From the NCBI GenBank assembly GCA_045803245.1, contig JBJMPK010000122.1, positions 438 to 64,437 of the forward strand: a DNA stretch of 64,000 bases. The letters run 5' to 3'. Position numbers and translations under genes: made by a program. The notes beneath the pieces are model-generated. The model searched no databases. It saw only the letters and a program-made list of their open reading frames with translations, and was not told where the DNA came from. The stretch comes from Gemmatimonadales bacterium. Its GTDB lineage: Bacteria > Gemmatimonadota > Gemmatimonadetes > Gemmatimonadales > GWC2-71-9. This document shows, piece by piece, positions 8,946-17,939 of the stretch (positions are counted from its first letter, which is position 1; each line of letters opens with the position of its first letter).

Positions 8946-9616
8946 CAACCGGCCTCCACCGCAGGCTCCTCCGCCAGCGCCCGGAGGCGCCAGCCGAGCT
9001 CGAGGAGCTCCTCCTCACCCGTGATCGAGAACAGTCCCGCCGCAGCGCCACCGGGCAATGCGGCTGAAAACAGGTTGCTGCCGTCGGCCCTGAGCAACGC
9101 GCTGGGCCGGTCTCCTGCTATCTCGACGACGCTGAAACCGGCCCGGTCGCGGTGCAGCCCAAAGATGCCAAGTACGTGGATGGCTCGACTGTCGGGCGAG
9201 TCGTAGATGAAGCATCCATCGAGTGGCTCCTGCGCTGCACCGGGGACGGCTTCGGCCCAGACGCGACGCTCCGGCATCCGGGCGTAAAAGGGCCGCTGTT
9301 CGGGTTGATCGCCGGCCGGTGGGGGACCCATCAGTTCCACCACTCGCTCTTGATCCACATCCACTGTGCGACACCCGGAGTCCCAGAACAGGTAGCAGTG
9401 GTGTACCAGTGCCGCCAACTGATCGATTCCCTCGCCCAGCCCTTCGTCCGGCCGGAGCTCGCGCAGCAGCTCCACCACCTCCCGTATCATCAGGAAGGCA
9501 TCCCGGTCGCGGGGATCCTGTCCCGCGCCGGTCAAGGCGGCTCGGATGCTCTGGAGACGGGGGCCGGCGCTGTCGCCGAAGACAAGATCGAACGGGGTAG
9601 GGCGAGGGGCTGACAT
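8945..9616 (-). CDS. hypothetical protein, first gene of the PolX-Nth operon
   Basis: 223-aa ORF with no family I recognise. Codon usage matches the neighbours, and its stop overlaps the PolX start. Confidence 0.6.
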   Translation of the reverse strand: MSAPRPTPFDLVFGDSAGPRLQSIRAALTGAGQDPRDRDAFLMIREVVELLRELRPDEGLGEGIDQLAALVHHCYLFWDSGCRTVDVDQERVVELMGPPPAGDQPEQRPFYARMPERRVWAEAVPGAAQEPLDGCFIYDSPDSRAIHVLGIFGLHRDRAGFSVVEIAGDRPSALLRADGSNLFSAALPGGAAAGLFSITGEEELLELGWRLRALAEEPAVEAG

Positions 9617-9633
9617 GGGTGGAATTTAGCGGA

Positions 9634-9710
9634 GTCGCGGGTCACGAGTCGCGAGCCGCCAAGTCCCTCTAAACCGCGCCGGGGAGCCCTTTGGTGTCGT
9701 GACTCGCGAC
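9634..9710. repeat. inverted repeat (14-nt arms) upstream of the repair operon
   Basis: gtcgcgggtcacga (9634-9647) and tcgtgactcgcgac (9697-9710) are reverse complements with one mismatch. The core GAGTCGCG also recurs as a direct repeat at 9632 and 9646. Confidence 0.5.
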
Positions 9711-9723
9711 AATCGTCTCCCGA

Positions 9724-10596
9724 CTAGGTCGCCGGCAGAAACCCATCCATCAACCTCACAAACTCATCGAATGCCTCCACATACGGCACATGTCCGCTGC
9801 GAGGCAGCAGCTGAAACTCCGCACCGAGCAGCTGGGCAAGCTGGCGGGTGGCGTCGACCGGAATCACGTCCTCCTCGCCCTGGACGATCATGACCGGCAG
9901 GTGCAGGCGTGAAAGAGCCGGCCTGAGATCGTAGCCCTCCAGGCTGCCCCAGACCTCCTGCTGGGTCCGACCCGTCACTCGAAAGGGGGTGAGGTCGCGC
10001 GCTCGCGCTGGATCGTAGAAATACGGAGTGACCGAGAGGTCGAACTGGCGCCGGGCGTATTCAGCCGGATCGCGCTCTCGAAGCCCACTCTCGCGGAGCG
10101 CGGCGCGTTGCTGCTGGAGCTGGGGAGCAAGGTTTCGGGCCCCAAAGCGAGACTCGAATTCCCGCCTGGCCTCGGCCCACGCCGGTGCCGGCGAGACCAG
10201 CGCCAGGCGCGCGACCTGGCCGGGGAACTCAGTGGCGTAGAGCAGCGCCAGCAGCCCACCCCAGGAATAACCGGCCAAGGTGAGGCGCTCCAAACCCCAT
10301 TGCCGCCGGAGCTCCTCGAGATCGGCCACGTGCTCGCGCCAACCCACGGGAGTATCGCGGGAGACGGGAGACCGTCCCCCACCGCGCTGATCGTAGTAGA
10401 TCAGCTCGCGGCCACGGGCCAGAGCATCGAAGCCCGGAAGCAGATAATCGTGGTGCGCGCCGGGGCCACCGTGCAATACCACCACCGGTGGCCCGCTGCC
10501 GATCCGCCGCTCGAAAATGCCGACTCCGCGCACCTCGAGGGTTTGGGTGCTTGGAATCAACTGACGCGCGTGAATTCTGTTTCCCAACCTACTCAC
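9724..10596 (-). CDS. alpha/beta hydrolase, prolyl aminopeptidase-like (S33)
   Basis: HGGPG oxyanion motif (VVLHGGPGAHH) and nucleophile elbow GYSWGG. Length is typical for proline iminopeptidases. Confidence 0.8.
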   Translation of the reverse strand: MSRLGNRIHARQLIPSTQTLEVRGVGIFERRIGSGPPVVVLHGGPGAHHDYLLPGFDALARGRELIYYDQRGGGRSPVSRDTPVGWREHVADLEELRRQWGLERLTLAGYSWGGLLALLYATEFPGQVARLALVSPAPAWAEARREFESRFGARNLAPQLQQQRAALRESGLRERDPAEYARRQFDLSVTPYFYDPARARDLTPFRVTGRTQQEVWGSLEGYDLRPALSRLHLPVMIVQGEEDVIPVDATRQLAQLLGAEFQLLPRSGHVPYVEAFDEFVRLMDGFLPAT

Positions 10597-10614
10597 CAGG
10601 TGGCCGCGAGCGGA

Positions 10615-10697
10615 GTTGGGCTGGACCCCGCAGGCTGAGTGTCAGGGGTAGGGTAGGGGGAAGTCGTACACTCGAAGCCGAAGGGGTCCAGCCCAAC
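10615..10697. repeat. 83-nt intergenic stem-loop with 15-bp perfect stem
   Basis: gttgggctggacccc (10615-10629) is the exact reverse complement of ggggtccagcccaac (10683-10697). Inner pairings ggct/agcc and gagtgt/acactc extend the stem. The loop is G-rich on the + strand (ggggtagggtaggggg). Confidence 0.6.
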
Positions 10698-10720
10698 ACT
10701 GCTCGCCGGCGTGGGGTGAT

Positions 10721-11176
10721 TCACAACAAGATCGCCAGCGCATCGGCCACCCGCTTGACGGCGGACTCCTCCTCCGGCGAGAACGGGTCGGGCACATCGC
10801 TGTCGATGTCGATCTGGCCCAGGACCAGGCTCCCCCGGCGGATGAGCACCACCAGCTCGGAACGGGTCCAGGCGTTGCACGCGAGGTAGTTCTCCACCGC
10901 CCGAACATCGGGGATGTTCTGATCTTCACCGCTGGCCACCGCGGTTCCGCAGACCCCCATTCCGACCGGGATCCGGGTATGGTCGGTTTCCCGCCCGTCG
11001 AAAGCCTCGAGCACCAGCTCGTTCCCGTGCAGCATGTAGAGGTACACCGAGGTGTACGGCGGGCCCGAGGCCCGGATCTTCTGGGCCGCGGTCCTGAGCA
11101 CCCCCTGGCGGCCTTCCTCCCGGGCGAAAGCGCCGCGCAAGGCCGCAATGACGCGATCGCTGTCGAGCACCGGCAT
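10721..11176 (-). CDS. msrC: GAF-domain protein, free methionine-(R)-sulfoxide reductase-like
   Basis: Single GAF domain resembling the fRMsr/YebR family (IPVGMGVCGTAVASGEDQNIPDV, YLACNAWTRSELVV, LGQIDIDS). Confidence 0.75.
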   Translation of the reverse strand: MPVLDSDRVIAALRGAFAREEGRQGVLRTAAQKIRASGPPYTSVYLYMLHGNELVLEAFDGRETDHTRIPVGMGVCGTAVASGEDQNIPDVRAVENYLACNAWTRSELVVLIRRGSLVLGQIDIDSDVPDPFSPEEESAVKRVADALAILL

Positions 11177-11179
11177 GGC

Positions 11180-12454
11180 TCAGCCGCCGCGAATTCCGAG
11201 AGTGGCACGCAACGTCGTGACCGTCGCGCCGCGTCGCACCAGAATTTCCACGGTCTCGCCGGGGCGGTGGCTCCGCAGCGCGTCGGTCATCGCTTGCAGG
11301 TCGGGTGTTTCCCTGGTGCCGATGCGGGTGATGATGTCATCCCCCCTGAGTCCCGCTCGTTCCGCCGGGCTCCCCGCTCTGACCCCCACCAGGCGTACCC
11401 CTCCGGGCGTCCCAGCCAGATCGGGAACCGTTCCCAGATAGGCGCCATAACCGGGACTCGGCGTCGGGGCGGCGGTCTGCGTCGGTAGCGGGGCGGGAAG
11501 ATCTTGAAAGGTGAGCGGATGGGGGCGGTTGGCCAGCGCCGTCACCAGTCCGAGGGTGAAATCGGAGACCCGCTTCAGCCCGTCCAGATTGATCTTCTGC
11601 CAGTCATCCGTGGTCCGGTGGTAGTCCTCGTGCAGGTCGGTGAACAGATGGAGCACCGGGCGTTTGGCCGCATAAAACGAAGACTGGTCGCTGGGCCCGT
11701 ATCCGTCGCCTTGAGCCTTGAGGTCGAAGCCGGCGTACCAATTGAGCGAGTCGAGCAGCGGGGGGAACTCCTTCGCACTCCGGGCGCCGTACACGATCAG
11801 ACGGCCATTCCGGAGCCGGCCGACCATGTCGAGGTTCACCATGGCGAGAGTTCCGGCCACGGGATAGATCGGCTCTTTCACGTAATAGGCCGAGCCCAGC
11901 AGGCCGAGCTCTTCCCCGCTGAAAGCGATGAACACCACGGTCCGGGCGGGAGGTGAGACCGCCAGCCATGCCGCGACCTGAATCAAGGCGGCAACACCGG
12001 AGGCGTTGTCATCCGCACCATTGTGAACCCTACCGGTGCTGTCCGGATCCAGGCTGCCGAACCCGCCCAGGCCCAGGTGATCGTAGTGCGCGCCGAGGAC
12101 GACGGTCTGATTGCGCAAGACCGGATCACGCCCGGGGAGAATTCCGATCACGTTTTTCCCGGTGACCCCGCCCGACTTCGCTTGCCTCCCCGCCGGTGCC
12201 TCGGGTCCAACGCTGAACGATTGGAACCATCCGCCGGCCGCGGGCTGCAGCCCAACCTCCGAGAACCGGCGAGCCAGATACGCGGCTGACGAGTCGGCGC
12301 CGGGAGAGCCGGTGACGCGGCCCTGGAGCCGGTCGTCGCTGAGAAACTTGATATCGTCGAGCAAACGCGGCGGCTGAATGACCCGCTGCGCCTCGAGCCG
12401 CCCGGCGACAGAGGTCAGGGTGAGTAAGAGGCAGAGCTGCGAGAGGCGGGTCAT
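11180..12454 (-). CDS. secreted M28 peptidase with C-terminal PDZ domain
   Basis: ORF 11180..13438 trimmed to the ATG at 12454 (MTRLSQLCLLLTLTSVAGRLEAQ, a signal peptide). The longer N-terminus is Arg/Gly-rich junk overlapping the M42 gene. M28 motifs GAHYDHLG, GADDNASGVAAL and FSGEELGLLGS. PDZ segment GVRAGSPAERAGLRGDDIITRIG. Confidence 0.8.
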   Translation of the reverse strand: MTRLSQLCLLLTLTSVAGRLEAQRVIQPPRLLDDIKFLSDDRLQGRVTGSPGADSSAAYLARRFSEVGLQPAAGGWFQSFSVGPEAPAGRQAKSGGVTGKNVIGILPGRDPVLRNQTVVLGAHYDHLGLGGFGSLDPDSTGRVHNGADDNASGVAALIQVAAWLAVSPPARTVVFIAFSGEELGLLGSAYYVKEPIYPVAGTLAMVNLDMVGRLRNGRLIVYGARSAKEFPPLLDSLNWYAGFDLKAQGDGYGPSDQSSFYAAKRPVLHLFTDLHEDYHRTTDDWQKINLDGLKRVSDFTLGLVTALANRPHPLTFQDLPAPLPTQTAAPTPSPGYGAYLGTVPDLAGTPGGVRLVGVRAGSPAERAGLRGDDIITRIGTRETPDLQAMTDALRSHRPGETVEILVRRGATVTTLRATLGIRGG

Positions 12455-12477
12455 TGGTTCGAGGAAAGATAAATCCG

Positions 12478-13545
12478 CTAGCGGGGCACGAAGCTGGTTG
12501 TGGGTGTCAGCCGGCCCACAAAGGCAGCGAGCAGGCGGGCAGTGCGATCGAGGTCGTCCAGCGCCACCATCTCGTTGGGGCTGTGCATGTACCGGTTCGG
12601 GACCGACACCAGCGCCGTGGCCACCCCGCGGTGCGCGTTGAAGATGGCCTCGGCATCGGTGTGGGTATCGCGGGAAGCAGCCTCGATGCTGTAAGGGATC
12701 TTCTCCGCCTCCGCCGTCTCCACCAGTATATCGAAGACCAGCTCGCTCACCGATGCGCCGCGCGAGAGGACGGGCCCTCCGCCCAGTCGGTAATCTCCGT
12801 GCTTGCGCTTCTCGATGCCGGGATAGTCGGTTGCGTGGGTCACGTCGATCACGATGGCCACGTCGGGCTCCAGCCGATTGGCCGAAGTCCGGGCACCGCC
12901 TCCGGTCGAGGCGATCTCCTCCCGAGTGGTAGCCACCGCGGTCACCGACGCACCCGGACGGCTGCCCGACAACAGCCGCAGCGTCTCGAGCACCACGAAT
13001 GCGCCGATCCGGTTGTCGATACTCCGGCTGACCAGCCGCCCGTTGGGAAACTCCAGCACTCCGGCGGCCAGCACGCCCGGGTCTCCGATGCGGACCCTGC
13101 CCGCCGCTTCCGCCCGGGTCGCGGCACCGATGTCGATCCAGAGCTCCTCCACCTTGGAGACCTTCTCCCGCTCTTCCCGCTCCATCACATGGATCGCTTT
13201 CTTTCCCACCACGCCGCTGACCTGCCCCAGCTTGCCCAGCAGAACGACTCTCTGCCCCACGAACACCTGGTGATCCCACCCGCCGATCGTGTCGAAACTG
13301 AGAAAGCCCTCGTCGTCGATGTGGGTGATCATCACCCCGATCTCGTCGATGTGGCCGGCCAGCATCAGCCTGGGCGAGCCTCCGGGATTGATGGTGGCGA
13401 AGGAGTTGCCCGCCACGTCCGCCTCGACCGAGTCGCAAAACCGTTCGGCTTCGGCCCGCCAGATCCTGCCGGCCGCTGCCTCGAAGGACGACGGCCCCGG
13501 GGTATCCAGCAAAAGCTTCAGAAATTTCAGCGACTCAGGAGTCAT
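12478..13545 (-). CDS. M42-family glutamyl aminopeptidase (FrvX/CelM-like)
   Basis: Full-length resemblance to M42 peptidases (LMLAGHIDEIGVMITHIDDEGFLSF, SRSIDNRIGAFVVLE). Confidence 0.85.
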   Translation of the reverse strand: MTPESLKFLKLLLDTPGPSSFEAAAGRIWRAEAERFCDSVEADVAGNSFATINPGGSPRLMLAGHIDEIGVMITHIDDEGFLSFDTIGGWDHQVFVGQRVVLLGKLGQVSGVVGKKAIHVMEREEREKVSKVEELWIDIGAATRAEAAGRVRIGDPGVLAAGVLEFPNGRLVSRSIDNRIGAFVVLETLRLLSGSRPGASVTAVATTREEIASTGGGARTSANRLEPDVAIVIDVTHATDYPGIEKRKHGDYRLGGGPVLSRGASVSELVFDILVETAEAEKIPYSIEAASRDTHTDAEAIFNAHRGVATALVSVPNRYMHSPNEMVALDDLDRTARLLAAFVGRLTPTTSFVPR

Positions 13546-14039
13546 GGTGAGGATCGATCCAGTTCCAGTTCCAGAAACACTGCCCCCTCGACCGGGTTCG
13601 CGGTATACGGCGCAATTTCCCGGAACCCCAGCCGCCGGTACAGCTCCAGTGCTGGGCCCATCGAGGGAAGGCTGTCCAGCCGCATTGTGTGATAACCGGC
13701 GGCGCGGGCCTCATCGATGATTCGGCGGGCGAGCAGACCTCCGATGCCAAGACTCCGGTAGGGAAGACGAACATACAGCCGCTTCATCTCGCAGACCCCG
13801 GGCGCTAACGGCCGTAGCGCTACACAGCCGGCCAGTTGGCCATCCGAGCGGGCGAGCAGCAGCCGGCCTAGCGGTGGCGCATAGTTGCCGGGGAGGCCGG
13901 CGAGCTCCTGATCGAAAGACTGGAAGCACAGGTCGACGCCGAGTGCTGCCGCGTACTCCGTGAAGAGGCCGCGCGCCTGCTCCACTCCGTTTCCATCCGA
14001 TGCTTCTACGAGAGCGACGACTGTACCGGAGGCGCCCAC
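13542..14039 (-). CDS. GNAT-family N-acetyltransferase
   Basis: C-terminal 165 aa of ORF 13542..14405 carry the GNAT core (CVALRPLAPGVCEMKRLYVRLPYRSLGIGGLLARRIIDEARAAGY). The upstream part is Arg-rich and overlaps the next gene. GTG 14039 is the first plausible start, but the start is uncertain. Confidence 0.65.
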   Translation of the reverse strand: MGASGTVVALVEASDGNGVEQARGLFTEYAAALGVDLCFQSFDQELAGLPGNYAPPLGRLLLARSDGQLAGCVALRPLAPGVCEMKRLYVRLPYRSLGIGGLLARRIIDEARAAGYHTMRLDSLPSMGPALELYRRLGFREIAPYTANPVEGAVFLELELDRSSP

Positions 14040-14911
14040 TTCTCGATCTTTCCGGCCCACGGCTGGTCTCCAATGGCGCTGTGGATCAGCCTGGCACCGT
14101 CCACCACTCTTGGCCCCGCGCGAGAGGTAAAGCTGTTGCCGTCGATGATCCAGGTCGGAACTCGGCTCATCAGCTCGAGGCCTTCGGGGTCTTCCAATGT
14201 GCTCAGCTCGCGGCGGATCCGCTCGACCCCGAACCCGCAGAGCATGACGATGAGACAGTCCGGTTCGAGACGGTGCAGATCGCGCCATTCGCGCCGGAAC
14301 GAGTGGCTCCCAGGGCGGGCCCCGACGTCTTCCCCGCCGGCGGCTTCCACCAGCTCCGGTACCCAGTGGCCGGCGACGTAGAGGGGGTCCAGCCACTCGA
14401 TACAAGCCACCCGTGCGCGAGCTCCGTGGCGCTGGCTGCGAAGCCTCTGAAGGCGGCTCTCGAGACCCAGAACCAGCTCTTCCGCTTCGTCCCCGAGCTC
14501 GAGTGCGGCACCCACCGCATAGATATCACTCCAGATGCCGTCGAGGTTGCGCCCCACCAGCGAGAGCACCTCAGGGGCAGACGCCATGCTGCCGGCTAGT
14601 CGATACACCTGTCCATCGGAAACGGCGCACACGTCGCAGAGGCCCTGCGTGATGATGAGATCGGGCCTGAGCGCTTGCAGCTGCCCGGCATCGATCCCGA
14701 TGACAGGCTTGCCCGACGCACTGAGCCGCCGAACGTCGGCGTCGATTGCCGCTCCCGACATCCGGGAGTCCACCGGCGTCGCGGTAACTCGAGGGAGCCA
14801 TTGCACCGACGGAGGGTAGTCACACTCATGCGAGATCCCCACCAGGTATTCCGCGCCTCCCAGTGCCGCGACGATTTCGGTTGCTGCCGGCAGCAAAGTG
14901 ACGACCCGCAT
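14006..14911 (-). CDS. cobalamin/siderophore-binding-protein-fold protein (BtuF/FhuD class) without signal peptide
   Basis: The class III periplasmic-binding-protein pattern starts at residue 1 (MRVVTLLPAATEIVAALGGAEYLVGISHECDYP, PDLIITQ). No N-terminal hydrophobic signal is present. Confidence 0.7.
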   Translation of the reverse strand: MRVVTLLPAATEIVAALGGAEYLVGISHECDYPPSVQWLPRVTATPVDSRMSGAAIDADVRRLSASGKPVIGIDAGQLQALRPDLIITQGLCDVCAVSDGQVYRLAGSMASAPEVLSLVGRNLDGIWSDIYAVGAALELGDEAEELVLGLESRLQRLRSQRHGARARVACIEWLDPLYVAGHWVPELVEAAGGEDVGARPGSHSFRREWRDLHRLEPDCLIVMLCGFGVERIRRELSTLEDPEGLELMSRVPTWIIDGNSFTSRAGPRVVDGARLIHSAIGDQPWAGKIEKWAPPVQSSLS

Positions 14912-14912
14912 C

Positions 14913-15338
14913 TCAGTCCTCGGTAAGCCGGCTGGGCCGGTAGTTCACGAACAGGAGCAGTCCGGTGAAGGGCGCGATGAGGGTGCGGAAATCATGGGTC
15001 AGCAGATACGCCGCGGTACCCAGGATGGCCGGTGCCTCGACCAGGGCCCATATGCGCACTGCGGTGCCGAAATTGGCCCGCCACCAGTCGTCCTGGGAGC
15101 TGCCGGATTGGGGTGGGGAAAGACGGCTCGCGGTATACATCGCGGCACCGAACAGCACGGCGCTCATCAGAAAGAGTCCCAGGTAAAGCACCTTGCGCTC
15201 GGGCACCACGGATACCGGCAGGGAGATCCGGGTTCCCACATACCACGATACCGCCCAAAACATCATCAGGCCTAGCACCAGCGCGGCGTGAATGATCCGG
15301 GCACTGATGGCCGGTGAAACCGGAGCCGCCGGAGGCAT
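14913..15338 (-). CDS. small integral membrane protein, unknown function
   Basis: 141 aa with about four hydrophobic segments. Its start abuts the OPT transporter stop. Confidence 0.5.
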   Translation of the reverse strand: MPPAAPVSPAISARIIHAALVLGLMMFWAVSWYVGTRISLPVSVVPERKVLYLGLFLMSAVLFGAAMYTASRLSPPQSGSSQDDWWRANFGTAVRIWALVEAPAILGTAAYLLTHDFRTLIAPFTGLLLFVNYRPSRLTED

Positions 15339-17530
15339 TACCGCCTCGCGATGCGGAAGAGCAGTCCCCCCAGCAAGCCGAACATCACCAACGCGGCCAG
15401 ATCGCTGATGGCGAATCCGCCCAACACCCGTTGCAGGCCGGCCAGGTGCGCGAGATAGTCCGCCGCGGGCACCTGGGCGGCTTCCGCTTTGGCGACGAAC
15501 AGGGCGGCGATGCCCGCAATGGCCACACCGGCGAGTGCCCCGCCCGCGATCAGCCCGCTGGAGAAGAGCACGCCGGGTCCGGACTCGACTTCAGCCAGCG
15601 TCCGGGACGCGCCACGGGTCTTCCGTTCCACCAACCAACGGACCACCCCACCGGCGAACATCGCGGAGGAGGTCGAGATCGGGAGGTACACCCCCACGGC
15701 GATCGGCAGCGACTGAAGCCCCATCAGCTCGATGGCGATCGTCAGAAATACACCGATGAGCACCAATCCCCAGGGAAGCTTCTGGGTCAGAATCCCATCG
15801 GTCACCAGCGCCATGATCGTCGCTTTGGGCGAATCGAGCTTGGTCACCGGCTTGCCATCGATCTCCCGAATGCGGCCGCCGATCCCCGGATCCACCAGGT
15901 ACGCGATCTCATGAGTCTTGGGGTCGATGAGGTATTTGCCGGGCTGAATCCCCTGGGTGGGAATGTTCACCCGCACCACGTCCCACTGGCTCCCATCTTT
16001 CGCCATCCGCTCGCCCATGCTGGTGACCGAACGGTCCGGAGCTCCCGGAGGAGACGCCTGCAGCGCCACACCGGGGTGCCGCTCCGGCACGACGTTGGTG
16101 TACGTGGTATTGAGCAGCGCGAGGGTCCAGCCGATGGCCAGAGCCGAGGTGATGGCGCCAACCATGATGGCGATTTGTTGGCGGCGTGGGGTGGAGCCCA
16201 CCAGAAACCCAGTCTTGAGGTCCTGACTGGTGGCGCCGGCGTTGCCCGCGGCCACCGCAATGACGCCGGCGATGGAGATGGCCCCTACCCGGTGATCGAC
16301 CCCGGTCCAGCCGATCAGATAGAAAATCGTGGTTGTGCCGATCAGAGCCGCGATCGTCATTCCCGAGATCGGGTTGGCGCTCACCCCGATTTCGCCGGTG
16401 ATGCGAGACGAGACCACCACGAAGAAGAAGCCGAAGACGATGATCAGGATGGCGCCGAGCAGGTTCACGCCGATTTCGGGGAGAACCGTCAAGAGGAAGG
16501 CGAGGACAATACTTCCGGCCAGGGTCACCCAGATGGGAAGGTCCACATCGGTCCGAAGCCGGGCCGCCACCATTCCCATGGAGCCCTTGAGGTCCTGGAA
16601 TCCGGAACGAAACGCGCTCACGATGGTGGGCAGGGCCCGGACCAGGGCGATGATGCCGGCCGAAGCCACCGCGCCGGCGCCGATATAGAACACGAACGCG
16701 GCCCGCACCTCCCCCGGGCTCATGTCCTTGATCAGCTTGGTTTCGGCGAAGATTGGCTGGGTCAGGCCGGCGCCGAACAGCTTGATGGCGGGAATGAGCA
16801 CCAGGTAGGCCAGCGATCCGCCGGCGAATAGGTAGCCCGCGATGCGGGGCCCGATGATATACCCCACGCCCAGCAGCTCGGGTGACACCTCGGCGGAGAT
16901 CGAGGCGCCTTTGTAAAAGGTGGAGACCCGCCCGGGATACTCCTTCCAGAGCTTGAGCCCGGACATCAGGAATTTGTACAGAAACGCAATGCCGAAGGCC
17001 TGGAAGAGCAGCCGGGCCTGGAGGCCGCCTTTGTCGCCGGCGATGAGCACCTCCGCGCAGGCGGTTCCCTCCGGATAGGTGAGCCGCCCATGCTCCTTCA
17101 CGATCAGGGCCCGCCGGAGAGGAATCATCATCAGAATGCCGAGCAGCCCTCCGATCACCGCTATCACCGCCACCTTGCTCACCGTCAGGTCGTAGCCCAT
17201 CAACAAAATCGCGGGGAGCGTAAACACGATCCCCGCGGCTATGGACTCGCCGGCCGAGCCGGTGGTCTGCACGATGTTGTTCTCGAGGATGGTCGATTTC
17301 CCGAGGGTTCGGAAGAACGCCACCGCCAGCACCGCAATCGGAATCGAGGCGGAGACGGTGAGTCCGATCTTGAGCGCCAGGTACACACTCGAGGCGGCGA
17401 ACACGATCCCGAGTATTGCTCCCAGGATCACCGCGCGAATCGTCAGCTCGGCCGGCGACTGCGTTGCTGGCACATAGGGATGGAAGGCGGGAGGCTCCGG
17501 CGGAGCGGCAGAGCGGATCGGGTGCGCCAT
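15338..17530 (-). CDS. OPT-family oligopeptide transporter
   Basis: 730-aa polytopic protein with the OPT N-terminal signature (ELTIRAVILGAILGIVFAASSVYLALKIGLTVSASIP, NNIVQTTGSAGESIAAG). Confidence 0.9.
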   Translation of the reverse strand: MAHPIRSAAPPEPPAFHPYVPATQSPAELTIRAVILGAILGIVFAASSVYLALKIGLTVSASIPIAVLAVAFFRTLGKSTILENNIVQTTGSAGESIAAGIVFTLPAILLMGYDLTVSKVAVIAVIGGLLGILMMIPLRRALIVKEHGRLTYPEGTACAEVLIAGDKGGLQARLLFQAFGIAFLYKFLMSGLKLWKEYPGRVSTFYKGASISAEVSPELLGVGYIIGPRIAGYLFAGGSLAYLVLIPAIKLFGAGLTQPIFAETKLIKDMSPGEVRAAFVFYIGAGAVASAGIIALVRALPTIVSAFRSGFQDLKGSMGMVAARLRTDVDLPIWVTLAGSIVLAFLLTVLPEIGVNLLGAILIIVFGFFFVVVSSRITGEIGVSANPISGMTIAALIGTTTIFYLIGWTGVDHRVGAISIAGVIAVAAGNAGATSQDLKTGFLVGSTPRRQQIAIMVGAITSALAIGWTLALLNTTYTNVVPERHPGVALQASPPGAPDRSVTSMGERMAKDGSQWDVVRVNIPTQGIQPGKYLIDPKTHEIAYLVDPGIGGRIREIDGKPVTKLDSPKATIMALVTDGILTQKLPWGLVLIGVFLTIAIELMGLQSLPIAVGVYLPISTSSAMFAGGVVRWLVERKTRGASRTLAEVESGPGVLFSSGLIAGGALAGVAIAGIAALFVAKAEAAQVPAADYLAHLAGLQRVLGGFAISDLAALVMFGLLGGLLFRIARR

Positions 17531-17939
17531 GCAGTGCCTTTGTTGTGCTGGGGACCAGTGCGGGAGTGCCGAAGAATCCGAGAACGTAGAAAGTAGGGAG
17601 CGCGGGCAAGTACGTCCAGCCGATTTGCCCGGGGGTCTTGCGGAGAGGGGTACCCGGGGGTAGTATATGTGCCTCGCGCCGATGCCACTGTGCCGGCCGG
17701 TTCCAGTTCCAAGCCAAGTAATTCGGTTTTAATAACTTACGTCGAAGCGGAGCGCCTGCTCCGGAGCACGAGTTGCGGCCGATGCCTCACTGGATCTCGA
17801 ATAACAATGCCGGGCTTCAAAAGATCGAGCGCCTCCTGTGTTTTAAGGGAGCCGCCCGCCTCGAGTCATCGCTTCGCCATCTCACCGCATTCTCCCACTC
17901 CATGTTCGCCCGTCTCCCCCAAACTCAGGAAGCTCACCA

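Noticed and set aside
8133-9206. 357-aa + strand ORF
   Set aside because: Antisense to PolX and the upstream hypothetical gene.
10642-10666. G-quadruplex in the loop of the 83-nt hairpin
   Set aside because: There are only three clear G-runs. The transcribed strand of the flanking genes carries the C-rich complement. The hairpin itself is the better-supported structure.
12455-13438. 328-aa N-terminal extension of ORF 11180..13438
   Set aside because: The extension is Arg/Gly-rich and fully overlaps the well-supported M42 gene in another frame. A signal-peptide start at 12454 fits the M28 domain. The same reasoning was applied to the long N-terminal extensions of ORFs 13542..14405, 21262..22305, 32855..33955, 40795..43020, 46635..47495 and 46922..48142.
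15314-17717. 505-aa (+) and 602-aa (-) ORFs overlapping the OPT transporter gene
   Set aside because: Alternative frames of a gene with a clear OPT-family translation. They are Arg/His/Gly-rich junk with no domains.
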